From positions 1 through 45,122 of the IMG/VR virus record IMGVR_UViG_3300036846_001448: 45,122 nt of DNA. One strand, written 5' to 3'. Position numbers and translations under genes: made by a program. Within the stretch, counting starts at the first letter, position 1, and each line of letters opens with the position of its first letter. Source of the stretch: a virus. This document shows, piece after piece, positions 1 through 7,031 of this stretch. The notes under the pieces were generated by a model, which made no database searches, had not been told where the DNA came from, and saw only the letters and a program-made list of their open reading frames with translations.

Positions 1-127
1 ATAAGTGGCCACCCTTGATGCAACAAAATTGACCCTGGCAGACTGGGCCAAACGGCAGGATCCCGATGGGCGCACGCCCATGATCGCCGAGCTCTTGAGC
101 CAAAGTAATGAGGTCCTCGAGGACGCT
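1..127. repeat. Terminal direct repeat, left copy (identical to 44996-45122). Indicates a circular or circularly closed assembly with unique length 44,995 bp.
   Basis: Base-by-base comparison: ataagtggccacccttgatgcaac...gaggtcctcgaggacgct occurs at both ends with offset 44,995. Confidence 0.95.
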
Positions 128-1033
128 GTCTTCGTCGAGGGCAACCTCCCCACCGGGCACCGAGTCGTGATCCGCACCGGACTGCCCACCGTCTACTGGC
201 GCTCCATCAATCAAGGCGTGCCGCGGTCGAAATCGACCACCGCCACGGTGGACGACTCGGTGGGCATGCTCGAGGCCTACGCCGCGGTCGACAAGGACCT
301 GGCGGAGCTGAACGGCAACTCGGCGTCCTTCCGCTTGTCGGAGGACCTGGCCTTTCTGGAAGGCATGAACCAGGCCCAGGCGCAAACCCTGTTCTACGGC
401 ACGCCCAACACCGATCCCCGCATGTACTTGGGATTCGCGGGACGCTATAGCGCCATCAGCGGCGCCGGCAATGCCCAGAACGTGTTGTCGGGCGGTGGCG
501 CGGCCAGCGCGAACACCTCGGTCTGGCTGGTTGGATGGGGCGAAAACACCTGCTTCTGCCCCTTCCCCAAGGGCTCGAAAGCGGGCTTGATTTCCGAGGA
601 CGATGGCATTCTGACCATTTACGACGCCAACGGCAATCCCTACAAGGCCTACCAGACCCACTACCAGTGGAAGAACGGGCTATGCGTGAAGGACTGGCGC
701 TACGTGGTCCGGATCGCGAATCTGAACACCGCCGACTTCGCTTCCCTGTCCGGAACCCAGGCACCCACCGGCGCCTTCGCGACTTCGATTATTCACCTCA
801 TGTCGCGGGCTCTGGATCGCATTCCGAATTTAGGCAGCTGCCGGCCGGCCTTCTACATGAACCGCTCGGTCTTCAGCTTGCTGCGCCGGATGGCCATGGA
901 GAAGTCCATCTACGCGCTGGCCTTGGAAAACGGTATGAACCAGTTCGGCGCCCCGGCTCGCTGGCTCTCGTTTGAAGGCGTGCCCCTACGTCGGGTCGAT
1001 CAGCTGCTCAACACCGAAACCACCATTGTGTAA
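5..1033 (+). CDS. Major capsid protein (HK97-fold type inferred)
   Basis: 342-aa ORF with a GTG start. Its SD (GAAGGAGAG, 44986-44994) is visible only in the right-end copy. It follows the scaffold-like gene and precedes a small beta-rich gene, the usual scaffold-capsid order. Function rests on synteny and size, not on a catalytic motif. Confidence 0.75.
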   Translation: MATLDATKLTLADWAKRQDPDGRTPMIAELLSQSNEVLEDAVFVEGNLPTGHRVVIRTGLPTVYWRSINQGVPRSKSTTATVDDSVGMLEAYAAVDKDLAELNGNSASFRLSEDLAFLEGMNQAQAQTLFYGTPNTDPRMYLGFAGRYSAISGAGNAQNVLSGGGAASANTSVWLVGWGENTCFCPFPKGSKAGLISEDDGILTIYDANGNPYKAYQTHYQWKNGLCVKDWRYVVRIANLNTADFASLSGTQAPTGAFATSIIHLMSRALDRIPNLGSCRPAFYMNRSVFSLLRRMAMEKSIYALALENGMNQFGAPARWLSFEGVPLRRVDQLLNTETTIV

Positions 1034-1040
1034 ACCGCGC

Positions 1041-1070
1041 GCCAAACGACGCCAAATGACGCCAAAAGGA
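1041..1070. repeat. Three tandem 10-bp repeats (GCCAAACGAC GCCAAATGAC GCCAAAAGGA) in the capsid/decoration intergenic spacer
   Basis: Read directly. The third unit merges into the SD (AAAGGAG) of the 1079 gene. Confidence 0.8.
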
Positions 1071-1078
1071 GAAACAGT

Positions 1079-1546
1079 ATGTACGTTGATGCCAATTCCA
1101 TCGTAGCGGGCGGCGTATCGAATACCGGGGTGGTCACCTTCCAGACCGTCACCGGAGCGGCCGCGGTCCTTTCCACTAACACCATCGACCTCCTCCAGCA
1201 GCGCGACATGGGCTCGGGCGAAGATCTCTATCTTCGCGTGGAGGTGGGTACGGCGTTTGCCGGGCTCACTTCGATGGACGTCGAAGCCATCACCGCCGAC
1301 GATCCAGCGCTCACCACCAATGTGACCTGTATCGGCGCCCTCAAAGCGGTCCCCCTCGCCAACCTGGGCGCAGGCGCCCGCATAGCTATCGATTGCAGCC
1401 CCCTCATCGGGTCCCGCGGGCGGCGCTACCTCGGCGCCCGCTTCACCCCCAACGGCACCGGCACGGCGGGATCCGTAATCGCCGATTACGGGATCGAGGT
1501 CCAGGAAGCGGGCGACGCTTACCCGGTCGGCTTCAGCGTCATCTGA
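1079..1546 (+). CDS. Putative capsid decoration/cement protein (small beta-rich protein after the capsid gene)
   Basis: 155-aa ORF with SD AAAGGAGA 7 nt upstream. Gly/Val/Thr/Ala-rich with no TM segment. The position directly after the capsid gene is typical of decoration/cement proteins in BPP-1/epsilon15-like podoviruses. Function is positional inference. Confidence 0.5.
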   Translation: MYVDANSIVAGGVSNTGVVTFQTVTGAAAVLSTNTIDLLQQRDMGSGEDLYLRVEVGTAFAGLTSMDVEAITADDPALTTNVTCIGALKAVPLANLGAGARIAIDCSPLIGSRGRRYLGARFTPNGTGTAGSVIADYGIEVQEAGDAYPVGFSVI

Positions 1547-1598
1547 AGGCGGCTGCCAGCTATCAGCCGTCAGCTCTCAGTACGCCAATACGTCACTA

Positions 1599-1624
1599 CG
1601 TCATGAAGGAGTGAAGCTATGGCG
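1599..1624 (+). repeat. 26-nt translation-initiation cassette, copy 1 (cgtcatgaaggagtgaagctatggcg), identical to 41209-41234
   Basis: Exact 26/26 identity. Contains the mini-ORF ATG AAG GAG TGA, the SD GAAGGAG and the ATG GCG start of the downstream gene. Confidence 0.9.
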
Positions 1625-1849
1625 AAGTATCTAGTGAAAGAGAAGTCGGTAGTCAACAACCAAATCTACGAGGCGGGGGCGGTGGTCGAGTACACGCCTC
1701 CCGAAGGAGTCACGGTCTCGGCCAATCTCGAGCCCTACAAGGAGTCGGGCAAACACCAGCCCGACGAGGAAGAGGAAAAGACCAACCCCCAGGGGCCGCC
1801 GCGAGCGCAGCACACCTTCGCGGAAGAGGACAAAGGGAAAAAGAAATAG
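1619..1849 (+). CDS. Hypothetical small acidic/lysine-rich protein (76 aa)
   Basis: Strong SD (GAAGGAG) at correct spacing. An ordered N-terminal half is followed by an EEEEK/KGKKK tail, and an intrinsic terminator follows. Confidence 0.6.
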   Translation: MAKYLVKEKSVVNNQIYEAGAVVEYTPPEGVTVSANLEPYKESGKHQPDEEEEKTNPQGPPRAQHTFAEEDKGKKK

Positions 1850-1872
1850 CGGCAAAATGCGGTCTTTCCGCC

Positions 1873-1905
1873 AAGGGGCCGGTTGCCTCGGCCCTTTCTT
1901 TTTTG
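1873..1905 (+). terminator. Rho-independent terminator after the capsid gene block
   Basis: GGGCCG (1876-1881) / CGGCCC (1889-1894) stem with a 7-nt loop, followed by TTTCTTTTTT. Confidence 0.6.
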
Positions 1906-1915
1906 AGGTGAACGA

Positions 1916-2599
1916 ATGAACGCGGTGGGTATCTGTAATCTCGCCCTGGGTCACCTGGGGGACACCGCCACGGTGGCCGCGATCGATCCTCCCGACCAGT
2001 CGGTGCAGGCCCAGCTGTGCGCCCGCTTCTATCCCCAGGCGCGCAATACGCTGCTCGAGATGGCGGCCTGGAATTTTGCCACCAGGCGCGTGAGCCTGGC
2101 CCTCTATCAGACCAACCCATCGACCACCTGGCTCTACGCCTACGTGCAGCCCGGGGACATGATCAATGCTCTGGCGGTGATCGCCGCCGACGCCGCCGAT
2201 GACTACTCCCAGAGTTTTTACCCGCCGGTCAAATTTCCCTACCCCCAGGGCATCACCATGCCGCCCGGATTGAGCGTCTACGTTCCGCAGACTTATTCGC
2301 AGGAACGCTCGGCCGATGGCAAGACGGAACTCATTCTCACCAATGTCGAGAACGCGGTCCTGCGCTATACGTCCTATTCGACCGACACCACCCAGTACTC
2401 ATTTCTCTTCACCCAGGCTTTGAGCTACCTGCTCGCCTCGATGCTGGCCGGCCCGCTCATCAAAGGCACCGAGGGCGCCACCCTGGGCCAGCAGATGATG
2501 GCCCTGTTCAAGGTCTGGGACGCGCAGGCCGAAGCCTCGGACGCCAACCAACGCAAGATCGCGGCCATTCAATCGGTCCCATGGATCGTCAAGAGGTAA
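1916..2599 (+). CDS. Tail tubular protein A / adaptor (T7 gp11-like)
   Basis: 227 aa. The N-terminus MNAVGICNLALGHLGD...CARFYPQARNTLLEMAAWNFATRR matches the N..AL..LG...C...Y...R...L....W.FA pattern of podoviral gp11-like adaptors. It lies directly upstream of the gp12-like gene. Confidence 0.65.
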   Translation: MNAVGICNLALGHLGDTATVAAIDPPDQSVQAQLCARFYPQARNTLLEMAAWNFATRRVSLALYQTNPSTTWLYAYVQPGDMINALAVIAADAADDYSQSFYPPVKFPYPQGITMPPGLSVYVPQTYSQERSADGKTELILTNVENAVLRYTSYSTDTTQYSFLFTQALSYLLASMLAGPLIKGTEGATLGQQMMALFKVWDAQAEASDANQRKIAAIQSVPWIVKR

Positions 2600-2605
2600 G
2601 GAAGA

Positions 2606-5600
2606 ATGGCGTCGTCGCGCACCGTCAATCGATCCTTTGCCGGCGGGGAGCTGGGACCCGACATGTACGGCCGGATCGACGACCAGAAATATCAGAGCGG
2701 TGCTGCCCTGGTGCGCAATTTCATCACTCTGCCCCAGGGACCAGCGCAGAATAGACCTGGTTTTGAGTACGTCAATTCGACCAAGAACAACGGCATCGCG
2801 CGCCTGATTCCCTTCATCTACAACATCGATCAGACCACCATCATCGAGCTGGGCGACCAGTACGCCCGCTTTCACACCGACGCCGAGACCGTGCTCTACG
2901 ACTCGTCCACCCTCCGTGCCTGGCAGGGGCCGGCCGGAGCGACCACCTATACCCTGGCCACCCCCACGGTTATTTACTGGTTCGGACACGCACTCCTGAG
3001 CGGCGATCCGGTGCGCTTCTATGCCACCTCTTCAGACCCTCTGCCCATCGGCCTCCAGGTGGGTTATACCTACATCGCCGATGTCATCGACGTCAGCAAC
3101 TTCTACATCAAGGATCCCGCCACCGGGCTTCGCGTGGGTTTGTCCGCGCCTCCAGGAGGCACTGTCACTTACACCAACTACCCCGGCGCCGGCACTACTT
3201 CGACCAGCGTCTCCCTGGCCCCCAACCAGGTCGGCAGCCACACTTCGGGCGCGGTGGGCGGATTGGCGAATGTACCCATCTCCGGCGGAAGCGCATTCGT
3301 GAACGCGTCCTTCTCGGTGCAGGGATATAGCTACCAGGGGCCGTTTCAGGCAGAGCTTCAGTACTCGCTCGATGGGACGAACTGGCACACGCTGTACACG
3401 CTGAACACCCAGACCGTGGTCAATGTGCGCGTCTCCATCGCCCTCACCAATCTCGATCTTCTATCCCTGCGCACCTACATCTCGGCTACCACTGGTCCCT
3501 CGGGATCGGTCTCCCTCACCGCCGCGATTAACAGCTGGAGCGTGGATGTGCCCAGCGGGGGATCGAGCGGAGCGACAGCCACCATCATTTGCTATCGCTA
3601 CTACACCGCCGGCGACGCGGTCACCTACGGCGGCTCGGCCTGGCAATCGGTCAAGGCCGATTCCGGCGGCATCACCACCCCGGGAACCAACCCTGACATC
3701 TGGGCTCTGCTTCCCGCCAACGCGGTTTATGAGATCCCCACGCCCTACGCGGCCGCGGACGTGTTCGATATTCACTATGTGCAGTCGGCCGACGTCATCA
3801 CCCTGGTGCATCCCAACTACCCTCCGGCGGAGCTCAAACGCCTGGCGGCCACCACCTGGACGCTGACCAACGTCGTCTTCCAGCCTTCCATTCTTCCCCC
3901 GACGAGCGTCACGACCGCCGCCAGCCCGGGCTTCAAGGTCAAGATTCAGTCCATCTCCGGCACCCTGATCACCACCCAAACCAATCACACTCTCTCGTTA
4001 GGAGACCAGATCTACATCGATAGCCTGGTGGCCAATACCGGCGGCGACAAGAGCGGCTTCTACTTGGTGTCTGAGGTCCCGGTCAACACTTCGACCGGAG
4101 CTCTGATCCTCAATGAGCTGCGGGTGATGGACTACAACGGAGTGCAGCTGGACGTGACCTCCTGGGGCGGATACACGGGCTCGCCGACCATCCAGCTGGC
4201 CACCAAAAGCTACGATCCCACCAGCCACTACGTGGTCACCGCCATCGCTTCGGACGGGGTGGACGAGAGCCAGATTTCGAGCGATGTCTCAGTCTTGAAT
4301 AACTTGGACGTGCCCGGCTCCTTCAACACCATCAGTTGGTCCGCGGTGGCCACCGCGCTGCGCTACAACATCTACAAAATGCGCAACGGGCTCTACGGAT
4401 ATATCGGCGAAACCCCCAACCTGAGCTTCGTCGACGACAACATCGGTCCCGATTTTTCCATCACTCCGCCCAACTACGAAGTCATGTTTTCCGGCCCCGG
4501 GAACTACCCCGCCGCGGTAGGGTATGCGGAGCAGCGAAAGTGCTACGCGGGGACCGACAACCAGCCCCAGAATTTGTGGATGTCGAACTCCGGCACCGAG
4601 GACACGTTCAGCTATTCTCTGCCCATCAAGGACACCGACCGGATCGCCATCGCCATCGCTTCGCGCGAGGCCAATATCATCCGCCACATCGTGCCCATGA
4701 CCGAGTTGATGCTGCTCACCAGCTCGGCGGAGATCGTCATCAAGCCGGCCAATAGCGATGTCATCACTCCCGGCACCATCAGCGCCAAACCCCAGACCTA
4801 CGTGGGGGCCAACAACGTCCAGCCTTCGGTGATCAACACCGCCCTGGTCTACTGCGCCGCCCGCGGCGGCCACGTGCGCGAGCTGGGCTATGCCTGGACG
4901 GTCAACGGGTTCACCACCGGGGATCTCTCCCTGAGGGCGGCGCACCTGTTCGACAACCTCACCCTGGTCGACATGTGCTATCAGAAGGCGCCCCGGCCCA
5001 TCCTGTGGTTTGTTTCCTCGGGCGGCAACCTGCTGGGGCTGACCTATGTTCCCGAAGAGCAGATCGGAGCCTGGCATCATCACGATACCCAGGGCGTGTT
5101 TGAGTCTGTGGCCTGCGTGGCTGAGGGTGGGGAAGACCGTCTTTACGCGGTCATTCGCCGGCGCATCAACGGGACCACGGTGCGCTACGTAGAGCGCATG
5201 GCCTCGAGGATTCTGAGCGGCACCAATCAACTCCAAAACCCCAATTTCGAGGAAGGCACCGCGGGCTGGATTTTTCAAAGCGACCTGGTGAATGGAGGCA
5301 GCTGGCAACTGGGGAGCGCGGGGCCGTTGTATGTGGCTATCTGGAACGGAGCCGGAACGGCCGCGGTCATCAATCGCCAGCACATCGCCTGTTCCTCCGG
5401 AACCGAGATAGAGGCCAGCTGTCGGGCCCTGGGTGAGCCGGGCGCGACCGGCGACGCGGTACTGCGCATTAATTTCTTCGACGCCTCCGACGCGATTATC
5501 CAGAACTTCGCTAGCAGTCCCTGTCCCAATAACTACAATTGGACGACGCTCAGTCTCCTCAGCACGGCGCCCGCCGGGACAGCGTATGCAATGATCGATT

Positions 5601-6196
5601 TTGCCGTGCTCAGTGCCACCATGGCTCCCGGCGGCCCGCGCTGGTCGGCCACCAATTTTGTGGGCGGCTATGCGCCCACCCAGCAGAATTCCTTCTTTGT
5701 GGATGCCGGCGCCACCTACTCCGGCGCCCCCGCGACTACGGTCTCCGGACTCACCTGGCTGGAAGGGCAAACCGTCTCGGTTCTGGCCGATGGCGCGGTC
5801 TACCAAAACAAGGTGGTCTCGGGGGGAGCAATCACCCTCGAGCAGCCCGCCTCGCTGGTCACGGTGGGGCTTCCCTACACCTCCGACCTGGTAACCCTTC
5901 CGCCCGTTCTGCAGGTGGACGGGTTCGGGCAAGGGCGGATGCTGAACATCAATCGCGTGTGGATGAAGATCTTTGAATCCAGCCAGATCCTGATTGGGCC
6001 CGACGAGGATCACCTCACTCCCTACAAGCAGCGCACCACCGAGCCCTGGGGCACGCCGCCGGCGCTCATCACCGGGCAGATCGGCCCCATCGTGGTTACT
6101 CCCGAATGGGGTGCGGGGACGGTGTTCATCCGCCAGCAAGATCCTCTGCCTCTCACCGTGCTGGGGCTAACGATCGAACTGAGCATAGGAGGTTAA
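2606..6196 (+). CDS. Tail tubular protein B / nozzle (T7 gp12-like), enlarged by inserted carbohydrate-binding-type domains
   Basis: 1196 aa. The N-terminus ...RSFAGGELGPDMYGRIDDQKYQSGAALVRNFITLPQGPAQNRPGFEYV is typical of gp12-like proteins. Internal segments:
- YYTAGDAVTYGGSAWQSVKADSGGITTPGTNPDIWALL (CBM5/12-like);
- SWSAVATALRYNIYKMRNG (FN3-like);
- NQLQNPNFEEGTAGW... (CBM4/9 or galactose-binding-like). Confidence 0.7.
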   Translation: MASSRTVNRSFAGGELGPDMYGRIDDQKYQSGAALVRNFITLPQGPAQNRPGFEYVNSTKNNGIARLIPFIYNIDQTTIIELGDQYARFHTDAETVLYDSSTLRAWQGPAGATTYTLATPTVIYWFGHALLSGDPVRFYATSSDPLPIGLQVGYTYIADVIDVSNFYIKDPATGLRVGLSAPPGGTVTYTNYPGAGTTSTSVSLAPNQVGSHTSGAVGGLANVPISGGSAFVNASFSVQGYSYQGPFQAELQYSLDGTNWHTLYTLNTQTVVNVRVSIALTNLDLLSLRTYISATTGPSGSVSLTAAINSWSVDVPSGGSSGATATIICYRYYTAGDAVTYGGSAWQSVKADSGGITTPGTNPDIWALLPANAVYEIPTPYAAADVFDIHYVQSADVITLVHPNYPPAELKRLAATTWTLTNVVFQPSILPPTSVTTAASPGFKVKIQSISGTLITTQTNHTLSLGDQIYIDSLVANTGGDKSGFYLVSEVPVNTSTGALILNELRVMDYNGVQLDVTSWGGYTGSPTIQLATKSYDPTSHYVVTAIASDGVDESQISSDVSVLNNLDVPGSFNTISWSAVATALRYNIYKMRNGLYGYIGETPNLSFVDDNIGPDFSITPPNYEVMFSGPGNYPAAVGYAEQRKCYAGTDNQPQNLWMSNSGTEDTFSYSLPIKDTDRIAIAIASREANIIRHIVPMTELMLLTSSAEIVIKPANSDVITPGTISAKPQTYVGANNVQPSVINTALVYCAARGGHVRELGYAWTVNGFTTGDLSLRAAHLFDNLTLVDMCYQKAPRPILWFVSSGGNLLGLTYVPEEQIGAWHHHDTQGVFESVACVAEGGEDRLYAVIRRRINGTTVRYVERMASRILSGTNQLQNPNFEEGTAGWIFQSDLVNGGSWQLGSAGPLYVAIWNGAGTAAVINRQHIACSSGTEIEASCRALGEPGATGDAVLRINFFDASDAIIQNFASSPCPNNYNWTTLSLLSTAPAGTAYAMIDFAVLSATMAPGGPRWSATNFVGGYAPTQQNSFFVDAGATYSGAPATTVSGLTWLEGQTVSVLADGAVYQNKVVSGGAITLEQPASLVTVGLPYTSDLVTLPPVLQVDGFGQGRMLNINRVWMKIFESSQILIGPDEDHLTPYKQRTTEPWGTPPALITGQIGPIVVTPEWGAGTVFIRQQDPLPLTVLGLTIELSIGG

Positions 6197-6197
6197 T

Positions 6198-7031
6198 GTG
6201 GGCGACTTGCCGTATGGCGTTGTTCCCTTCGTGACTCCCGACGACCCGGCCTACTCCGGAGGCGCCTACCCAGGCCCTAGGCCTAATCTGCTCACCTCGT
6301 CGTGGAATGAGATCGAAAAGTTTTTCGGCATCAATGGTAAAACCACCGCCGATACGACGGGGATGACTCCAGACCAGGCCACGGCTGCCAGCACCGCGGC
6401 CACCATCCGCAACGTGGGCATGTTGGGCATGGCCTTCGGAGCCGCCAACCAGGCGGTGGGAAGCTACTACGCCGCCAAGAGTGCGCAGTACCAGGCTCAG
6501 TCGCAAGCCGCCACCTACCAGTACCAGGCGGATATGAACGCCATCAACGCCCGTACCCACGAGTACGCTGCCCAGGGCATCCTCGAGGCAGGCAAAACCC
6601 AGGTCCAGCAATACACCATGCGCGCGGGGCAAGAGGAAGCCACCACCACCGCGGAGATGGCCGGCCACGGGGTTCAGTTGGGGCAGGGAAGCGCCCGGGA
6701 TATTACCGCTTCTCAGAACATCGTCAAGCAGCTGGACGTCAACCAGATGAACGCCAACACGGTGCGCGCCGCGGCTAACGAGAGGATGGGAGCCACGCAG
6801 TTCGCCAATCAGGCGGCCCTGGACAGAATCTCTGCCCAGAATCTTAAAGCCGGAGCGGGAACCATCAGCCCATTTGGCGCAGCGGCCACGAGTTTGCTGG
6901 GCTCGGCTACTACCTTCGGCAGTCAGTGGGACTGGCGTCGGCGCCTGCAGATGCAGTTGGCTAGTCCTTCTCAAGGACAATATCTGGCCTACTCTTATCC
7001 GGGCTATGGTGCCGCGGGAGGACTGCCTTAA
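6198..7031 (+). CDS. Internal virion / ejection protein (gp14-like position)
   Basis: 277 aa with a GTG start and SD TAGGAGG. Ala/Gln-rich helical protein (AAKSAQYQAQSQAATYQYQADMNAINAR...) directly after the nozzle gene, as for podoviral core proteins. Confidence 0.55.
   Translation: MGDLPYGVVPFVTPDDPAYSGGAYPGPRPNLLTSSWNEIEKFFGINGKTTADTTGMTPDQATAASTAATIRNVGMLGMAFGAANQAVGSYYAAKSAQYQAQSQAATYQYQADMNAINARTHEYAAQGILEAGKTQVQQYTMRAGQEEATTTAEMAGHGVQLGQGSARDITASQNIVKQLDVNQMNANTVRAAANERMGATQFANQAALDRISAQNLKAGAGTISPFGAAATSLLGSATTFGSQWDWRRRLQMQLASPSQGQYLAYSYPGYGAAGGLP

Noticed and set aside
1590-1603. ACGTCA-containing sequence (acgtcactacgtca) as another member of the ATGACG/CGTCAT inverted-repeat family
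   Set aside because: Here the two ACGTCA units are direct rather than inverted, and they lie inside a shadow ORF region upstream of the initiation cassette. This is too short to distinguish from chance.
4289-6139. 616-aa minus-strand ORF. Similar long shadow ORFs include 6153-7316(-), 7028-7825(-), 2399-2989(-), 12805-13455(-), 27120-27950(+), 39740-40504(-) and 42145-43227(-).
   Set aside because: All lie antisense to, or out of frame with, genes that carry clear family motifs (nozzle, ejection proteins, exonuclease, portal). They have Arg/Gly/Pro/Ala-dominated low-complexity composition and lack SD sequences. This is the usual stop-poor shadow frame of GC-rich DNA.
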